Translations under genes and position numbers: made by a program
Assembly: GCA_030265585.1 (NCBI GenBank)
Contig: JAJDGJ010000001.1
Location: 2,388 to 66,387 of the forward strand
Reading direction: 5' to 3'
DNA length: 64,000 nt
From: Erysipelotrichaceae bacterium OttesenSCG-928-M19
GTDB lineage: Bacteria > Bacillota_I > Bacilli_A > JAJDGJ01
Part shown: positions 59,698 to 64,000 of the stretch, one piece after another
How positions within the stretch are numbered: position 1 is the stretch's first letter
How the letters are laid out: every line of letters begins with the position of its first letter
Notes under the pieces: model-generated
Told to the model about the DNA's origin: nothing
The model's database searches: none
The model's input: the letters and a program-made list of their open reading frames with translations, nothing else

Positions 59698-59920
59698 AAT
59701 AAAAAAAACGCTTCCATCTAGAAACGTAAAGATACGCGGTACCATTCTAGTTCAAGCTTAGCTTGCCCTCTTTGTTGATAACGGATTCCATTCCGAGATA
59801 GTCTACTCTTAGTTCTCCTATCTAGCTCCTAGAGTGTTCCCTTATAAAATATTTTAGGCTTTTTCACCAACAGCCCTCTCTTTAAAAATAAGTTTTTATA
59901 AGAATCTCTATTCAATGCTT
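59698..59920 (-). promoter_or_regulatory. T-box riboswitch 1 (Asn specifier AAC)
   Basis: Near-duplicate of T-box 2; AGAATGGTACCGCG T-box, CCGTTA, terminator CGTTTCT..GGAAGCG with U run. Confidence 0.9.
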
Positions 59921-60016
59921 GAATGTATATTATCATAATAAAAAAATTAATGCAAGCTTTTTAATTTATTTAATGCTGATATATGGTATAATTAGATAGG
60001 AAAAGGATGATGAAAA

Positions 60017-61375
60017 GTGAAAGATAGAGAATTAATGGGTACTGCAAAAATCTCTTCTTTATTATTAAAATTCGCTTTACCAGCAACTGTAGGAATGTTG
60101 GTAAATGCTATTTATAATATTGTAGATCGTATCTTTATTGGTAATGCAGATTATTTAGGCTCAAATGGTTTAGCAGGAGTAACAATTGCCTTTCCAATAA
60201 TGATGGTTATCATGGCTGTTGCTTTAATGTGTGGTGTTGGTGGTTCAACCTTATTTTCAATTAATCTTGGTGAACGTAAATATGATAGAGTTAAAAGAAT
60301 AATTGGTAACTCTTTTTCTTTGGCAATTTTAACGACACTAACATGTGCTATTTTAATATTTATTTTTATTGAACCAATTTTAATTAATTTTGGTGCTAGT
60401 GAAACAGTATTACCATATGCAAAAGATTATTTGCAAATTATACTTATTGGAGCAATTTTTCAAGGTATTAATATGACTGGTAATAATTTAATTAGAGCCG
60501 ATGGTAGTCCAAAGATTGCTATGTTATCAATTTTACTTGGAGCAGGTGTTAATATCGCTCTTGACCCTATTTTTATTTACATCTTACAATGGGGTATGAC
60601 CGGTGCTGCCCTTGCGACAATTATTGGCCAATTTTGCTCAACAATATGGGTTTTAAATTATTTTATAAGAGGAAAAGCAAACTTCAAACTATCATTAAAA
60701 GATATGATTATTATTCCATCATTAGGTCTTAAGATTTTAACAACTGGTTTGCCATCATTCTTTATTCAAGTAGCAGGTAGTGTTCTAAATGTCGTTTTAA
60801 ATGCATCACTATTAGCTTATGGTGGCGATCTTGCAATTTCAGCTATGGGAATTGTTAACAGCGTACAAACTTTATTATTAATGCCTATCATCGGTTTAAA
60901 TCAAGGTGCACTTCCTATCATTGGGTTTAATTTTGGTGCTAATAACCTTAGTCGTGTTAAAGAAACAGCTAAATTTGCTACTTTTAGTGCTACAGTTATT
61001 GCAGTCATTGGTTTTATTATCATAAGATTATTCTCAGCACAAATCATAATGGCTTTCAATCAGGATCCTGAGTTAGTTGCGTTAGGTTCAAAAATGTTAT
61101 TAGCGTGGTTTTTATGTTTACCAGTAATTGGTATCGGAATGGTATTAAGCAATTTCTTCCAAGCAATTGGTAAAGTAATTCCAGCCATATTCTTATCACT
61201 TTCACGACAAATTATTATTTTAATTCCTTTGATTCTTATTTTATCAAAAAATTATGGTTTAGATGGTTTAATATATGCAGCACCAATTTCCGATGTACTC
61301 TCAACTACCTTAACATTAATTGTCTTTACCATTACTATTAAAAAACTATCAAAAAAGGCTATTCTAACTGAATAA
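60017..61375 (+). CDS. MATE family efflux transporter (MepA-like)
   Basis: FALPATVGMLVNAIYNIVDRIFIG, IRADGSPK, NIALDPIFI, GAALAT; about 12 TM. Confidence 0.92.
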   Translation: MKDRELMGTAKISSLLLKFALPATVGMLVNAIYNIVDRIFIGNADYLGSNGLAGVTIAFPIMMVIMAVALMCGVGGSTLFSINLGERKYDRVKRIIGNSFSLAILTTLTCAILIFIFIEPILINFGASETVLPYAKDYLQIILIGAIFQGINMTGNNLIRADGSPKIAMLSILLGAGVNIALDPIFIYILQWGMTGAALATIIGQFCSTIWVLNYFIRGKANFKLSLKDMIIIPSLGLKILTTGLPSFFIQVAGSVLNVVLNASLLAYGGDLAISAMGIVNSVQTLLLMPIIGLNQGALPIIGFNFGANNLSRVKETAKFATFSATVIAVIGFIIIRLFSAQIIMAFNQDPELVALGSKMLLAWFLCLPVIGIGMVLSNFFQAIGKVIPAIFLSLSRQIIILIPLILILSKNYGLDGLIYAAPISDVLSTTLTLIVFTITIKKLSKKAILTE

Positions 61376-61381
61376 CCTTTT

Positions 61382-62308
61382 TTAATATAATTCTTTCATC
61401 TCACTATTCTCAATATTTTTTAATGCATTATATTTAAACAGTTTAATATTCAAATCCTCACATAGTTGAGTTAAGATTGGTTTTAATTTCTTAACCTTTT
61501 CATGAAAAACAATAGCATCATATTTTATTGTTGATTTTTCAATTAAATCCTTTAATTGCTGATAACCAACATTTTCAAAATCAGTCTGCATTAACCATAA
61601 GCCACATAGTTGATGAGATAAGTAGATAGGATAATCTTTTGCTAAGATTGCCTTAGTATAAGTTGCTTCAAAGTGAGCTCCTCCTAAATATAAAACATTA
61701 AGTCGTTTATCATTAACATCATTAAATATTTCGAAAATTGTTTCACTGATTACTTTAACAGCTATTTCATTATTAAAAGAATCAGGATAACTACCAATTT
61801 CTAAGTCAATATTATTAACTGGATATTTTAACAATAACTTAGGATCTACATCTGTAACGATTCCAGAAAAATGAGTCGTTTCGCTTTCACAAGTAAAATC
61901 TAATAGATTATTTTCAATTCTTAATCGTTCCATATTAACTAATAAATTTGTTGCATATTGAGGATTATAAGGTAAGTAAGTCCCACTTAAAATATCACCA
62001 ACATGATGCACACTTAAAATAGGATCAGGAGCACTTGCTCCAGCATGATAATTTACATGAACAGCTGCTTCAACATCACTAAAATTCTCAATTAAGAAAT
62101 CAATGTATTTTTCAGTATAATGCATAACGTGATCATCTGTTATCATAAAATAATAGTCATGAGTATCCTTTTCAATTAAATAGATTTCACAAAGTTTAGT
62201 CTTGTAATCTATCTTTTTTAAATCATAATTATTCTTAAGATAGTTAAAAACATTATAACCAACTAAATCTAATTCAGGATTAATACATATAATATTTAAT
62301 ACTTTCAT
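61382..62308 (-). CDS. D-aminoacyl-tRNA deacylase, DTD2 (archaeal DtdA/plant GEK1) family-like
   Basis: YH.G...P..ILSVHHVGD, ESETTHFSG, LEIGS, LGGAHF parallel the DTD2 motifs SRH/LTVH.GN, EATHHGP, EIGS, GGxHY. Confidence 0.7.
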   Translation of the reverse strand: MKVLNIICINPELDLVGYNVFNYLKNNYDLKKIDYKTKLCEIYLIEKDTHDYYFMITDDHVMHYTEKYIDFLIENFSDVEAAVHVNYHAGASAPDPILSVHHVGDILSGTYLPYNPQYATNLLVNMERLRIENNLLDFTCESETTHFSGIVTDVDPKLLLKYPVNNIDLEIGSYPDSFNNEIAVKVISETIFEIFNDVNDKRLNVLYLGGAHFEATYTKAILAKDYPIYLSHQLCGLWLMQTDFENVGYQQLKDLIEKSTIKYDAIVFHEKVKKLKPILTQLCEDLNIKLFKYNALKNIENSEMKELY

Positions 62309-62392
62309 TTTACCACCTCTCTAATATTATACTGCAATTAAATTTTTTTTACTAATCATTTATGTTATAATTGCTCTGAAAGGAGTACTGTT

Positions 62393-62965
62393 ATGAATTA
62401 TTTAATTACAAATCCATTTTGTCCTTATTGTTATGGCAATGATCGTGTTTTAGAAAGGGAACTTCCAAATTTAACAGATGAGGATTTAATGCTTTTACCC
62501 TATACCTTAACACCTGATGTTCAGGAATTTGATGATCGCTTATACAATGGTTATCTAAAAGCCTTCAATAATGATACCTTACCTTACTTAGAAACCTTAG
62601 ATATTCCATTACCTAAGTATTATAAAAAAGAAAACATCTCACCTTCAAAGCTAGTTTTTATTACTTACTATTATCTTAGAGAGAAAAAACTTGGCCTAAA
62701 ATTCTATCATGAAGTTACTAGAGAGTTCTTTCAAAATGATTTAAACTATAGTGATATTGAACAGCTAAGTAAGATTGTTGAAAACTTAGGCATAAAAAAA
62801 GAGGATTATCTTCAAGCATTAGAAAATCCAATCTATGAACAACAATATCTTAACAATCTTGAGGATATTGATGATATGGATATTGAAAGTGTTCCAAGTT
62901 ATATAATCGATGATGAAATACTAGTTGGTATCAAAAAAGGGATTACAAAAATAAAAAGCCAATAG
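62393..62965 (+). CDS. DsbA/FrnE-like thioredoxin-fold protein
   Basis: PFCPYCY CxxC motif, IESVPSYII cis-Pro motif, no signal peptide. Confidence 0.8.
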   Translation: MNYLITNPFCPYCYGNDRVLERELPNLTDEDLMLLPYTLTPDVQEFDDRLYNGYLKAFNNDTLPYLETLDIPLPKYYKKENISPSKLVFITYYYLREKKLGLKFYHEVTREFFQNDLNYSDIEQLSKIVENLGIKKEDYLQALENPIYEQQYLNNLEDIDDMDIESVPSYIIDDEILVGIKKGITKIKSQ

Positions 62966-62982
62966 CTAAGCTATTGGTTTTT
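62954..62982. terminator. Bidirectional terminator
   Basis: AAAAAGCCAATAGC-taa-GCTATTGGTTTTT. Confidence 0.75.
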
Positions 62983-63075
62983 CTTTATAATTTCTATTTT
63001 AGTGAAATTCGACAAGTTAGTTTTTGTCGCTCCTATAAATAATATAAACGATGCTATAAATAAAATCATATTCAT
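62971..63075 (-). CDS. Small hydrophobic protein MNMILFIASFILFIGATKTNLSNFTKIEIIKKNQ (34 aa; not in ORF track)
   Basis: RBS GAGGTG, own promoter TTGCAA-17-TAAAAT, stop lies in the bidirectional terminator. Confidence 0.6.
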   Translation of the reverse strand: MNMILFIASFILFIGATKTNLSNFTKIEIIKKNQ

Positions 63076-63150
63076 ATCGTTCACCTCACATCTATTTTAC
63101 TACACTTTTATCATCATTGCAATAATAATGTTCTGTAGTTTTTGTGTGAT

Positions 63151-64000
63151 TTACTCATCTTCATTGTGTTTTTCAACATCTTTATTATCTAAATCATTAT
63201 CCTTTTCTTCATCTTCAACGATCTCATTTGGTAATTTTCCTGTTTCATATAATGAGTTTATCTCTTCTGCAGTAAGTGTTTCTTTCTTTAATAGCGTTTC
63301 CGCAATTAAAGTATGTAATTCACTATGCTCTGTTAAAATGTCCTTAGACTGCTGATAACATGCTTCAATAATTGTTTTTACTTCTTGATCAATTTCAAAT
63401 GCGACTGTATCAGAGAAGTTCTTTCTTGAATTAAAATCTCTACCTAAGAAGACTGAACCTTCTTGTTCTTCATATTGAACAGTTCCCAAAGATGACATCC
63501 CAAACTGTGTAACCATAGCACGAGCAATCTTTGTCGCCTTTTCAATGTCATTTTGTGCTCCTGTCGAAATATCATTAAACATTATTTCCTCGGCAACACG
63601 ACCAGATAGTAGTCCAGTAATTCTAGCTTCTAATTGTTTTTTAGTCATTAAAAAGCCTTCATCTTTTGGTGTCATTAAGACATAACCACCAGCACTACCA
63701 CGCGGAATAATTGTCACTTTTTGAACAATCTCAGCATCAGATAATACTAATCCTACAACAGCATGACCAGATTCATGATAAGCTACTACTCTTGTATCAT
63801 GTTCCTTTAGTTTACGTGATTTTTTAGCAGGTCCACCAATTACACGATCAATCGCTTCATCTAAATCATCCATATCAATACTATTTCTATCATCTCTAAC
63901 AGCGAGCAAAGCTGCTTCATTTAAAATATTTTCTAAATCGGCACCTGTAAATCCTGGGGTTCTTTCCGCAATGTACTCTAACTTTACTTCAGGAGCCAAT
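63151..64000 (-). CDS. ftsH: ATP-dependent zinc metalloprotease FtsH, C-terminal part (truncated by window edge)
   Basis: TPGFTGADLENILNEAAL, AYHESGH zinc motif, STGAQNDIEKAT. Confidence 0.96.
   Translation of the reverse strand, partial: LAPEVKLEYIAERTPGFTGADLENILNEAALLAVRDDRNSIDMDDLDEAIDRVIGGPAKKSRKLKEHDTRVVAYHESGHAVVGLVLSDAEIVQKVTIIPRGSAGGYVLMTPKDEGFLMTKKQLEARITGLLSGRVAEEIMFNDISTGAQNDIEKATKIARAMVTQFGMSSLGTVQYEEQEGSVFLGRDFNSRKNFSDTVAFEIDQEVKTIIEACYQQSKDILTEHSELHTLIAETLLKKETLTAEEINSLYETGKLPNEIVEDEEKDNDLDNKDVEKHNEDE

Noticed and set aside
59454-59920. Long direct repeat as a mobile-element end, and the N-terminal extension of asnA to 59487
   Set aside because: The duplication is fully explained by tandem T-boxes; the extension runs through the T-box terminator and the strong RBS is at ATG 59433.
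63002-63355. Plus-strand 117-aa ORF
   Set aside because: Antisense to the ftsH 3' end and to the better-supported 34-aa minus-strand ORF; Ser/Phe-rich shadow.

Overview
A very AT-rich chromosomal segment from a low-GC Firmicute (gene content and order suggest an Erysipelotrichales-like member of Bacilli; this is inference). The left 13 kb is a cell-envelope and accessory region: acyltransferase, TagF-like teichoic acid enzyme, two paralogous secreted C39-like peptidases, an orphan polymorphic-toxin/immunity remnant, an NlpC/P60 hydrolase, a tRNA(GUG) and an ABC exporter. A long minus-strand housekeeping block follows (uppS-cdsA-dxr-rseP-tex, glmS, topA, rnhB, rbgA, lepB, prmC, prfA, glyA), then addBA, rpmH-rnpA-yidC-jag and a cobamide salvage operon under a compact B12 riboswitch. 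The right part holds an HcpR-type stress locus, a Fic protein, asnA-pck under tandem Asn T-boxes, a MATE pump, an archaeal-type DTD2-like deacylase and the 3' part of ftsH. The most notable signals not shown in the ORF track are four: (1) a Ser-rich leader peptide with a terminator in front of glyA, a candidate ribosome-mediated serine attenuator; (2) a 12-bp x3 array upstream of the Fic-wHTH gene that, on the opposite strand, encodes the same LSDK tetrapeptide found just before the wHTH and differs from that coding copy only at synonymous positions; (3) a tRNA with a His anticodon but A-1/G73 instead of G-1/C73; (4) a frameshifted PD-(D/E)xK toxin tip followed by immunity-like genes. No CRISPR array, rRNA, transposase or integrase was seen. 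All family calls come from motif recognition by eye, not from database searches.
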